NCBI GenBank assembly: GCA_964252035.1
Contig: OZ176212.1
Source of the DNA: Podarcis erhardii
Lineage: Eukaryota
Length of the DNA stretch: 64,000 bases
Reading direction: 5' to 3' (one strand)
The translations under genes were made by a program, and so were the position numbers. Of the stretch, positions 37,800-48,500 are shown one piece after another. The notes beneath the pieces were generated by a model. The model saw only the letters and a program-made list of their open reading frames with translations. It was not told the origin of the DNA and searched no databases. The first letter of the stretch is position 1, and each line of letters opens with the position of its first letter.

Positions 37800-39100
37800 G
37801 AGAACCAGAGTCTACGTCTACCTCTTTATTTGCCCCAGAGAATTTCCAAGCCCTGCTGCTCAAAGCAGTTATGAAGCCTAGAGGTGGCAAGTAGATGTTT
37901 GCAAGTGAGGGGAAGCCTGTGAAGGAATTTGTAATCCTAGCTGGAACTCTGTGAATCTCAAATGAAAGGGAAAGGAGTGGGATTCCCCTACCCCTTTTAG
38001 CAAATCAACTCAGGAATGATCATGTTATACTACCTACCCAAGAGCTGTCCGGAGACCTTTCCTTCCAAGAAAGGAAAGGGGTTGCAAGGGACTGAACAAA
38101 TGAATTTGCCCTCTGCAAATTCCATGAGGCTTCTGCCATCTGCAATGTCCTCAGCAGCTTACTCCTCTTTTCACCAAGGCCTTAACAAGTTCTTTTAATT
38201 CTCCACCAGAGCAGTGGACTGAGGTGTCTTACTCAGATGCAAGTTTCAGCTCAGAAAGTTGGTCAGTAGTCCAGGCTTCAACTAAATTCAAAGTAGCCAC
38301 CCCCCTTGATGCCACTTGAGGAAAATCTTAAAGATATAAAAACAAAAGACTGAAGTACTGTAGAAGGCACAACCTTTAGTCTTACAACATCTTCCTCAAA
38401 TTAAAGTGTATCGGAGGCACTCGTGGCCAAAGAGGGGGTGGCCTTACCAGCAGCAGTGTTCTCCAGTCACAAAGTGTTGGTCAGACTCCTGGGGTCGGGG
38501 GCAATAGCAAATGGCAGGCTGTCACCAAAGGGAAAAGGATGTTGACAAAATTCTACCTGGTATAAGACTAGCATATTCCAGAGACTATCGGGTAAGGAAA
38601 TGGTAAACAACAGATAGGTGCTTGATTTCCCCTCCCCCCTGATTTGCTGGAGCTTCCTTCTCTCATGACAGAGCCACCAGGAAAATATACCTGCTGCTAG
38701 CTGTTATCTCATTTCATGAACATCAGGGTGATAGAACCAGTACCATCCAAAGAGAACTTCTTTGGCATTTTATATATTTTACAATGCGAAAAAATATGGA
38801 AACTGGAGAGCCATTCTGGATCTCAAAACTCTTGAATAAACGTCTAAATTGTAAGTGGAAACTTTTGAGATCTGTAACACACACACTAAAAGCAAACTAC
38901 TTTTTGGTCTCCACAAAGGCCAACTCCACATGCCTGTTCTCCCATGTTCCTATAGCTTCAAAATGCATTTTTGAAACAAAGCTGTGCTTCAGCCTTGCCT
39001 CCACCCAGAGACTGTTCACCAAGATCATGGTGTCAGTTGCAGCAAATCTCTGACTCCACTACCTGGAAGACACTATCAGGTCTTAAGAGTGTGGGGACTG
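37800..39100 (+). mobile_element. Degenerate DIRS-type (tyrosine-recombinase) retrotransposon relic
   Basis: Frameshifted RT motifs IEPVP (38731), KKYGNWRAILDLK (38789-38827), LCFSLASTQRLFTKIMVSVAANL (38981-39050) resemble DIRS1 RT (PKKDGxxRPILDL; LPFGLxxAPRxFTK); gag-like LFAPENFQALLLKAV at 37826. Confidence 0.65.
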
Positions 39101-39460
39101 CGAGACAAGTGTGCAGTGTCTCCAAAGCCGTGGTTTCCTTATAAAGAAGATAAAAGTTGCTTCCTGCAGTGAAGTGCCTGTCATACCTGTGAAGTCATCT
39201 TCAGCACTATTCAGTATTAATTGTTCCTGTTTCAAGAATGATAGAAAAGGAGGGAGACACGACTCTGATCCATGAGACTAGGTTAACTCCTTTCCTAGTG
39301 TTGTGACATTATTATTTTTTAAACAAATTCCAGCAAGCTTTTAATTTCCCTACTTGGGGCTTTTGTTTGCTTTAGGCTTGCGTTTCTGCTGTTTGTTAGT
39401 CATAATGTTTTACTGTGCATTCAAGAGAACAGTTCTGGTTTCTTTCAGTCGGTGCCAATA

Positions 39461-39780
39461 CAGTGGTGCCTCTCAAGACGAAATTAATCCGTTCTGTGAG
39501 GCTCTTCGTATAGCGGTTTTTTCGTCTTGCAAAGCAAGCCCATTGACAGCTTAGCGGATTAGCGCTATTAGCTGTTTAGCAGCTTTTAGCGGATCAGCTG
39601 ATAAGCGGCTTAGCGGCTTAGGAAAAGGGGGGAAAAAACCCGTAGGAACTCGCAAGACATTTCGTCTTGCGAAGCAAGCCCATAGGGAAATTCGTTTTGC
39701 GAAGCGCCTCCAAAACGGAAAACCCTTTTGTCTAGCAGGTTTTCCGTCTTGCGAGGCGTTCGTCTTGCGGGCCACCACTG
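39461..39780. mobile_element. Tc1/mariner-pogo MITE, same family and orientation as 33322-33625
   Basis: TA TSD (39459-60, 39781-82); TIR cagtggtgcctctcaagacgaa / ttcgtcttgcgggccaccactg; high internal identity to the 33322 copy. Confidence 0.9.
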
Positions 39781-41028
39781 TACGCTAAATGCTTTTATAC
39801 CTTTAGCTGCTTTGGGAATCTCCAATCGGGGAGGAAAAGCAGGTTACAAATATGAATAAAATGTGAGCCTCAGAATTGTACTCTTGCTACCAGGAGTTGC
39901 TAGAACACTCATGTCAACCAGTGAGGTGCACCAGGAAGAAACACTACTAATGCAAGTAGGCTGAGGTCCACACTCTCTCTATTGGAGGTGGAGCACATCA
40001 GGGAATATATTTAAATGCAAGGAAACCCGCCCCCTCCAGTCCTCATCACAGACTTCTTTTGAAACTCCCTCTGTTCTATGTCCAGGGCTGCTATATGAGG
40101 AAACCAGTCAAACCAATTCCTGCAGAATTAGTAACAGTTCTTTGGAGACACAGCAGAAATTAAATGGCAGGATTCTGCAACAACATTGAAAGTAGCACTA
40201 TAGGCAACAAAAAGACTCGTCATACTAAATCACAAACCCGGAAAAAAGAAGTTGTAAATGCTAGGATGCTGAGCTGGAGAGATTGTGGTCCAGGTCCAAC
40301 TCAATGAATGGATGTGGCTGGGTCCACAGCCTGGTGGGGGGGAATAATGTAGCCTTTTTGTCTGAAGATTGAACTCTACATGAGCGGAACACAGGGTTCT
40401 GTGGCTCTTGTAGGGTTAATGAGGATGTTTATGAAACTCCTCAACGTGTTCAAAGAACAAAAACAACTGATAAGAAATTATTGTTAAACTCAGTGGTACC
40501 TTTCAATAAACATGCCTGGGAGAAGGCAACTAATTAGCCTGCTCTTAATTAACAAAATGTGTATATAAACCAATTGATTGTAAGAAAATCTCAATGCAGT
40601 TTACAGAAATATAAAACATTAGCACGTTCAAGTTAAAAAATTACTGTATATAAAAATGTTCCAAGGTATTATTAAAACCAACAGTAGCTAAAAAGAAATA
40701 AAACACATGTACCTTCTGTTTTAAGTAATCTTATGCATGTATCCAAAGAAAAGAAAAGTTTGGAAGCTTGTGAGCCCTCAAGATTTTCTTTCCTGGGAGA
40801 AAATTTCTTTTGAAAATCAGTGATGATTACACATTCTAAAACTACAGCCAGCTTCATGTTTGCTTTGGTAGCACATATACTAGTAATGCTTTTTCAAAAC
40901 AAATCAAAATACAACAGTTTCGGTCTATTGTATGTATTGCACTTTAACTGGCATATTTCTTTTTAAATATGTAAAGAGTGTTGTTCATCACTTGGGGGGG
41001 GGGCAATCATTGGGCCAACCTTTCCCCT

Positions 41029-41029
<1 letters not shown>

Positions 41030-41059
<30 letters not shown>
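41030..41059. repeat. (GT)n microsatellite
   Basis: About 15 perfect dinucleotide units. Confidence 0.95.
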
Positions 41060-41062
<3 letters not shown>

Positions 41063-42059
41063 AAACTATACAATATCATACCATACTATATGCAGGAAGC
41101 AGGCTTTAGCTATTCCTTGTACGCAAACAACTCTGAAAAGAATCTGGTCTGTATTGCAATCAGATAAGATCATTATTATTATTATTATAAATTATTATTA
41201 GGTTGCAACAATAAGTAGGGGGAAACCATTATAGGTCAAACATTCTCATCCCCCCCCCCAAAAAGTGAAAAGGGTAGAATAAAAAAAGGAAAGGACATAT
41301 GAAGAGGGGAGAGAGACTACATAATGATGAAACTTTATAATGCCAGGAATTATTTAAAAGGAAAAATGTTCATAACTTACTTTTGTTTTTCCAAAAATGT
41401 AGAAACAAGGACACACCTCTTAATAAATTTGGTTATTTATCATTAACTCTTGCATTTTTCTTGCATGCAAGTTTAACCATTAAGTTAGTTTGCGAAGCTT
41501 TCCTTAAGCAATCAGTTATGGTGAGGGGAATATTTATTTTTCATAGTGGGAATGCAGTTGTTTTTGCTGCCATTAGCAGTGCAGTAATCAGCTGTAAATC
41601 ATCATTAATGATTTCAGAATGAGTTGTTTCAGAGTTTCTTGAGAGATCAGTAATTCCAGACCACAAACCCAAACCCAGCTTCAGGGCCTAGCCATTGCAT
41701 TGCCAGGGCTGCCAGGAGACATTCATTATTATTCATTTCATTTCATTTCTATACTGCTTTATTTTTTTTAAAAAAAACCTTAAAAGAGATTTACAACCTA
41801 CATTAAGACATCAAACAAAGCAATCTAGAATGAAAGACAAACAAAATTTACCATTCAAAGCAACATAACAGGAAACTAAAATATGATTTTTTTATATTAT
41901 TACTGTACAAAGGACACCTACAGAATGCTCATTCAACGCAGCTAAGCTAACCCAAAAATGATTCAAAAAGAAACACCACTAAAGGAAGTCCAGTACAAAA
42001 CGTGCATTTAAAACAGTGTCATTAACAACACAATAAAATATTACCCCACGCACAAGACC

Positions 42060-42560
42060 TCTCTCTAACATCACTTCCGGGGAGCATCTCAAAAGGGGCG
42101 TCCGAAGGAACAAGGAAGTCCCGCCTCCAGTCACTCAACCGGCTGCTCCGCTTCTTCCGGCCTCCGCGGCGGTTGCTAAGAAGCGGGCGGGGAGAGAGAG
42201 AGGCGTCAACGTCACTGTCTGTGACGCGATTTCTTCGCGACGAGCGAGGCTGGGTGACGCGCTTTCCGGTGCGCCCGCTTCCTCGGCGGCGGCGGCGGCT
42301 ATGGCGGCTTCGGGTCCGGCGGCCGGGAGGCCTCGGGGGCGGCCGGCGGGGGCGGCGGCCTCGGTGGGGCAGGAGGAGCTGCGGCGGCTGATGCGGGCGA
42401 AGCAGCGCGAGGCGGCGGCCGGAAAGAAGAGGAGGGTCGACTCTCCCTTCGCCAGATACCCTTCCTGCGCAGGGGGGGGCGGGGGCGGGGGCGGGGGGGG
42501 GTCTCCTGCTCTGGGCTCCCACAGCAGCGCGGTGAGGTTTGCGGCTGGGATGGAGACGGG
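42060..42560 (+). promoter_or_regulatory. ZNF830 CpG-island promoter / exon 1
   Basis: Dense CpG; ETS motif ACTTCCGG 42073-42080 plus further ttccgg copies; TGACG half-CRE motifs 42200-42262. Confidence 0.8.
42301..42455 (+). CDS. ZNF830: ZNF830 exon 1 (coding part)
   Basis: MAASG...[13 protein letters not shown]...DSPFA+AG|ataccctt (U12-type donor). Confidence 0.9.
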
Positions 42561-45500
42561 GGGGTGGGGGTGGGAAGGGGTTAGGAAAGAACTCTGCAGC
42601 CGCTGCTCCCCTCCTCGTTGCCAGAGTGGGACCCAACACGGCCTGCAAATAATACTAAGAACAGCTAGAAACACAGGAGGGAGGCAACAGTAATTAAAAA
42701 ACAGTCAAACATTGAGAGAATTAAGCTAAATATGAATACAGAATACCTTCTGAAACCATGCAGATAATCACAACAACAAGAAGAAGAAGCATGGACCACC
42801 CCTTTCATTAGCAGCAGTCAGCTCCCAAGAAGACCCCCCCCCATAAAATCTCAGAACCAGGAGAGGTTCATTATGAAGTCTCTCAGAGAGGTTTAGCCTA
42901 AGACTTATTCGTTGTTCCATCAGTGATTATGATGTTACCCAGGTTGCCATAACCATTTCTATGTCTCCTTTCCTCTCCCTGACTCGTTGAAACAAGCAGG
43001 GCTCAAGACCTGCAGCTGTAATACATTGACTGGGGGGGGGGGGGAGGTATGGGTTTGGTCCTGTCCCTTGTGAGGGGGCATTGCCAACTTCTTAGCCTCT
43101 GTTTTCTCCATTCTCGCTGCAGCTCCCAATCTTGTTTGAAAGACTGGCTGCATAGTAGTTTGTTTATTTCATTTCTGTCTCACCTTTTTGTCATGGAGTT
43201 ACATGATTCCCCCCCCCCCATTTAATCCCCACAACAACCCTGTGGGGTAGTCTAGGCTGAGAGCAAGTGACAGCCCAAGGTCACCCAGTGAGCTTCATTG
43301 CCAAATGCAGATTCAAACCTTGGTCTCCCAGTTCCTAGTCTGACACTCTAACCACTACACCACATTGGCTTTTGTTTTTGGTATAAATGACCAAAATAAA
43401 TTCATATTTCTTTAATGTGCCACCGAAACTCTTGTTCTTTGCGGAAGCAGACTAGCACAGCTACCCCTTTGGAAAATAAGCTCTTGCTGTATCTCAGTGT
43501 AATTTATATCTCAGTGGTAGCAAAGCAAAAAGTGGCTTAAAAAAACCTAAGTGTACAGGAATCATTGTTATGAAGCCAAGTCTCTTTAATAGCTTCACAC
43601 ATACAAATTTACATTTTACTTCTCACTTTTAAAAGCTATAATATGGCTTAATAATACGTATTTTAGCCAAGTTTATGTTGCATGTTCAAAGCCCACAACT
43701 GCAGTTTTTAGAGGTGGGTTATTTTTATATTTATTTCCTTGATTCCAAATTCTACATATAACAGTTTGGGAAACTTAAGCTGCTCTCTCTGCAACATGCC
43801 TGTGAAGAGTGAACTGTTGTGGCAAACACATGTGCTTGGGAAGCAACACAAAGAGGTAAGAGACAGTTCTTTTTTAAAAAAAGTAATGTGCTTACAATAA
43901 TTGTTTTATGTGTTATGTTGCAAAGCTAAGACTAATAGTTCTTTTCTTAATTACCAATCTAGAAATTGAAATGCACTGACAATGTTAATATGATTCTGCA
44001 GTACAATAATACATGAGATCTGATTATCTTACAAACTAGACATAATAGTGCCCCCCATTTTTCCCCATTTAAAACATTGACTTTTAAAAGGATGATTATA
44101 ACAAAAATGCAAAGTTGCTTCATATGCTAAATAGTCTAATTACATAAAAGTAACAGTGTCTGTTATCCCTTGTTGCAGGCTTTCTTGAATCTTTTTTGCT
44201 AATATTGCTAGTATTTTGTAGAAAATGTGCTACTTGTGAAAAGAACTTAAATTCTTCTATGTTGTAATAATTTGTTTCTTGGGAATAAAGTACAGGTGCT
44301 CATCTGTTGATTTTAATCCCCACCCCTGCAGAAAGTTGAGCAGTTGAGAAATCTTAAACAATCAGTACCAGGTCCTATTCCTGACACCTCATCTTCTCTA
44401 AAGAGGAAAACAACCAACACAGAATCTCCAGAATTGAAGAAAGCCAAAGGTATGGAAATGTTAGGCTGTGCTTACTGACCTGGTCATTTTTCTACAGTTC
44501 TTCCCCATTCCCCAGCTGTCTTGAAATCATTTGTGGATTAAATATTTTCCTTGGATGGTGTGTTGTATATAAAATTATATGAAGCTGTTAGGAGCAGTCT
44601 GTTGGAGATTTGGGGCACATTTTGAGTCAGGAGATCTGTGCACAAGCTGAACCAGGACCTGGACATACTGGTGGTCTGCGTGAGGACTAAAAACTGAGGC
44701 TGACAAGGCAGACAAGTGGTTCCTGCAGCTGAAAATTGGCGATTTTGCCTCTTCTAGGCGCACTCTCTTTGAAGGGACAGGTACACAGTTAACAGGTGTT
44801 GTTGGAACCACATTTGACCATGGATGCACATGTGGTCTCTATGGAGAAGAGTGCTAGTACAATTTGGCCACTGTGACACATGCATTGGTAACCTCACATT
44901 CTAGAATGTTGTAATGCAGTCTTTGTGGTTCTTCTTCCCTTCCAGCTGGTTCATAGGCTGCTGCTAGTGCAGAATATCATGGACCAGGTGGTGAGTGGTG
45001 CTCTTAACTGAGCACATGCCATGCCCATACTAATGGGTCTACACTAACTACCTGTCACCAAATCAATTTTAAGGAGTTGCTATTTACATATAAAGTCTGA
45101 AACAATTCCATACCAGCTTACCTGGAAGCCTGGTTAAGGACATTAAATGTTCTTGTTCACCGGGAGCATTAGTGTTACAGAATGCACTCCCTTGCTGAAA
45201 TGCATGTTGCAATGCTATTTTGCAACATTTTGCCTGCAATGCTATTTTGCTGGCTTTTGAAAATGATTCTATTACACAGGCATTTTCCCAACCCAAGTCT
45301 CCTGTTTTAAGAGAAGTAATAGGATTTTTTAATTATGGATATTTATGTATTAATGTTTCTCTACTTTTTTCTAATTGCCTAGAAGCCTACTTTAACATTA
45401 AATATAAATGAATTAATAATCAATACAAGTAGTATTCAAGTACCCATAACATGAATGCCAGGCAGATTTGCTAATAATTATAAATTAGTTTTTGATGGGT

Positions 45501-48500
45501 ACTTGCTAGGACAGAGAACAGATTGTGGTAAAATGCTGAAAGTAACCATTCATGGTTTCTAGTCAACTAGATGTGCCCTTGTATATTACACACTGTAGCT
45601 GCTGCTATGGTGCAGTGTTTAAAATGCTGGGGGGGGGGGTGTTTTAAATAAATGCATCCAAAGGGGGTGAATTTAATCTTGGTTAAAGGTCCTAGCCTTA
45701 GAGTGGAAGATTAAAGCTATGTTTAGGTAAACTACAGTTTTATGTGATTGGGAAGGCTACACAAAATTTCTTTTAACTGATTTTATATCTACTTTTTTTG
45801 TATTTTTCCTGTTGCCACATTAATTGCTTTTGTTTCTGATGTTTTTGATTGGTTGTATATTTGTTTTATGGTTCTCTTTTGTAGGCCATCTTGAAAACCT
45901 AGATTAATAAAATTATGTTTAATTTTAAAAAACACACTTTTACATAAGGAAATTTCAGCTGCTTGCAATGCCTGTGTTTCTTGGAGTAACTGTCCTATGA
46001 ATTGTTCTTTTAACATACCATCACCTGACTGTAACCACTTTAACACTGGTCAAACCTTAGCTCAATTACTTGAAAAAACCCTGTTATATTGATCTATTAT
46101 TATTTATTAAATTTGTATACCACCATTCACCCACAGTTCTAAAAGAGATGACAGTGCAATGTGGATGGAAGAAGGTGCTATTTTTCAATAGTTTTGAGGT
46201 GTCACTCTATCAAGACATATTTTAAGGCTGCATAATGTGGGTTGCTATGTCAGCAAAAAAGTAGCCTCCAAGGGATTCAATGACATCACAGTCATTGCGT
46301 CACAATCATTGGCATCATAAGTTTTTATCGTCTCCTGCACTCAGAGGTAGAGTGTGTGCTGAGAGAGAGAGACTTGCCCAGGTTGTCCCCACTGAGTGGG
46401 GATTTGAACTTGGCTTACCTTAGTCAGACGACTGATCCAGAGTTCTTCATGGGTCACTGCAGCTTGGGTGTGAAGTTCATCTTTGTGTTCTTTTTCTGTT
46501 TTAAATGTGACAGAACTCTGATAAAATGTTTTGCAGATTCAAGGGACCATCCGCAAACACTCTCTTCTGGGTAAGTTGAGATGGTTGTTATTAGCTCTGT
46601 TTTTACATTTTCTTTTTTCATAGTTATGGATATGAACAGCATGTTATATTTGTTATTCATTGCCTGAAGTTCTAACTGGTGCTGAGAAATTTGCTTTCAA
46701 ACAGGGTAGTTTGAATGTTCCCATATGGCAATTGTTCAAATGCAGTGACTGACAACATTGTTTCCATTATACTACAATTACTTCAGAGAAAATTCTTATT
46801 TCGTGGGGAGTCCCAGATGGGGACACCCAATGGAGGTGACCACCATGTGGAAAGCTGTTTGGGAAACACAAATTTGGCATGGGGAATGTCTATTTAAGGG
46901 AGGAAAGTTTTGTTTTTGTTTTTTAAATCACCTTAGGTTAGGTGTACTTGAAATAATTGTCTTGATTCTGGCTTGTATTATGATGGAATGTTTTTAAGTT
47001 GTTGTGGAAAGCCAGCCAGATGGGTGGGGCATAAATAATAAAATTATTGTTATTGTTATTATTTCATTTTTTAAGGCTGCCAGCAGATTTTTTTGGAAAA
47101 AATGAACAAGCAGAAGCAGAAAAGGCCTCTTGCAAAGCTTCAAGTGGTGGCTTATTACTTGGAGACTCTGAAGAGGAGGAGGAGGAGGAAGAGGCCGAAG
47201 AGATGGCCAAAGAAATCCAGGACAACAGCAGCAAACCTCCTTTGTCGTCCACAGTGCAGCATACAGCAACACCAGCCCACCCTCTAAAAGTAGACACCAC
47301 TGCTTTACCATCAGGTAACTCTGGGACTTTCTCTGCTGACTTTACAGTAAAAAAATATAGAGAGTTCCAAGGCCACTCCAGCTGACATGGTACAAATCAG
47401 AAGTTTTGCTTAACTTTACCTCTGAAGTTGTGTCATGTCCTCTTTTATGGCTTCCGAAGTATTGCTGTCCACATTAGGTAGGCTTATCCGTATATACTGC
47501 AGTGTGCTCCACGTGTGTCATACATGCATATTAGGTGGCTTCTCATGCCAAATGAAAACTAGCAATCATCTGCTATTGATGGTTGTAGGTGTCCAGAATT
47601 CTGTTTCCAAGTGTGACCAGCCAGATGCTTCTGAGGAACTCCAATATGGCATGGAGTTCTGTTCATTACTAGCATCTAGTATGCAGAGCCTCTGCGGTTC
47701 TCTCACAGTACAACAGCATAGCTGACCAATTCTGATATATACAATTCAAGGACTAGTACGGGGGTAGGCAACCTAAGACCCGGGGGCCGGATGCGGCCCA
47801 ATTGCCTTCTCAATGCAGCCTGCGGACGGTCCGGGAATCAGCATGTTTTTACATGAGTAGAATATGTGTTTTTGTTTAAAATGCATTTCTGGGTTATTTG
47901 TGGGGCATAGGAACAGTGGACCGGCCCATGGTTGAAAAAGGTTGCTGATCCCTGGACTAGTATGTGGTGATTTTTAAATACATGAGTCCCCAAATGGTAT
48001 TATGAACAAGCAAACAGTTTATTTTATAGCTTAGTGTATGTTATAGCTTTAGTCTACAAGGGGTGTAAATTTGGTGCTTTTCTAAAAAAAGTGCACAGTT
48101 GCGACAAATTGAGCTTCAGTGCAACACTATTCAGGATTCAGGATTAGGATAGACCTATCCTAATAAATTTTGTCTAGTCATTTTAAAGTAGTGGTCATCA
48201 CCAACATGCAGCCCAGTCCTATGCATGCGTTTACTGAGTCCAGTGGGACTACTGCTAAGTTAAGTGTGCACAGTATTTCAATCTAAGCAGTGGTGAATCT
48301 TGTAAGTTAATCATACTGTGAAGTATTTCCTTTTGTTGATACTTATATCAACTTTATTGGTTCATCACAAGGTCTGAGTGATCTCTGTTTTTCCCTCTCT
48401 GCTCATCGTTTGTGCAATTAATACATCCATTTTTAGTGACTTGGGCTTTCAAATTGTGCATATTACACTGGCAGTGATTCTTTTCTCTGTTGCAGACTAT

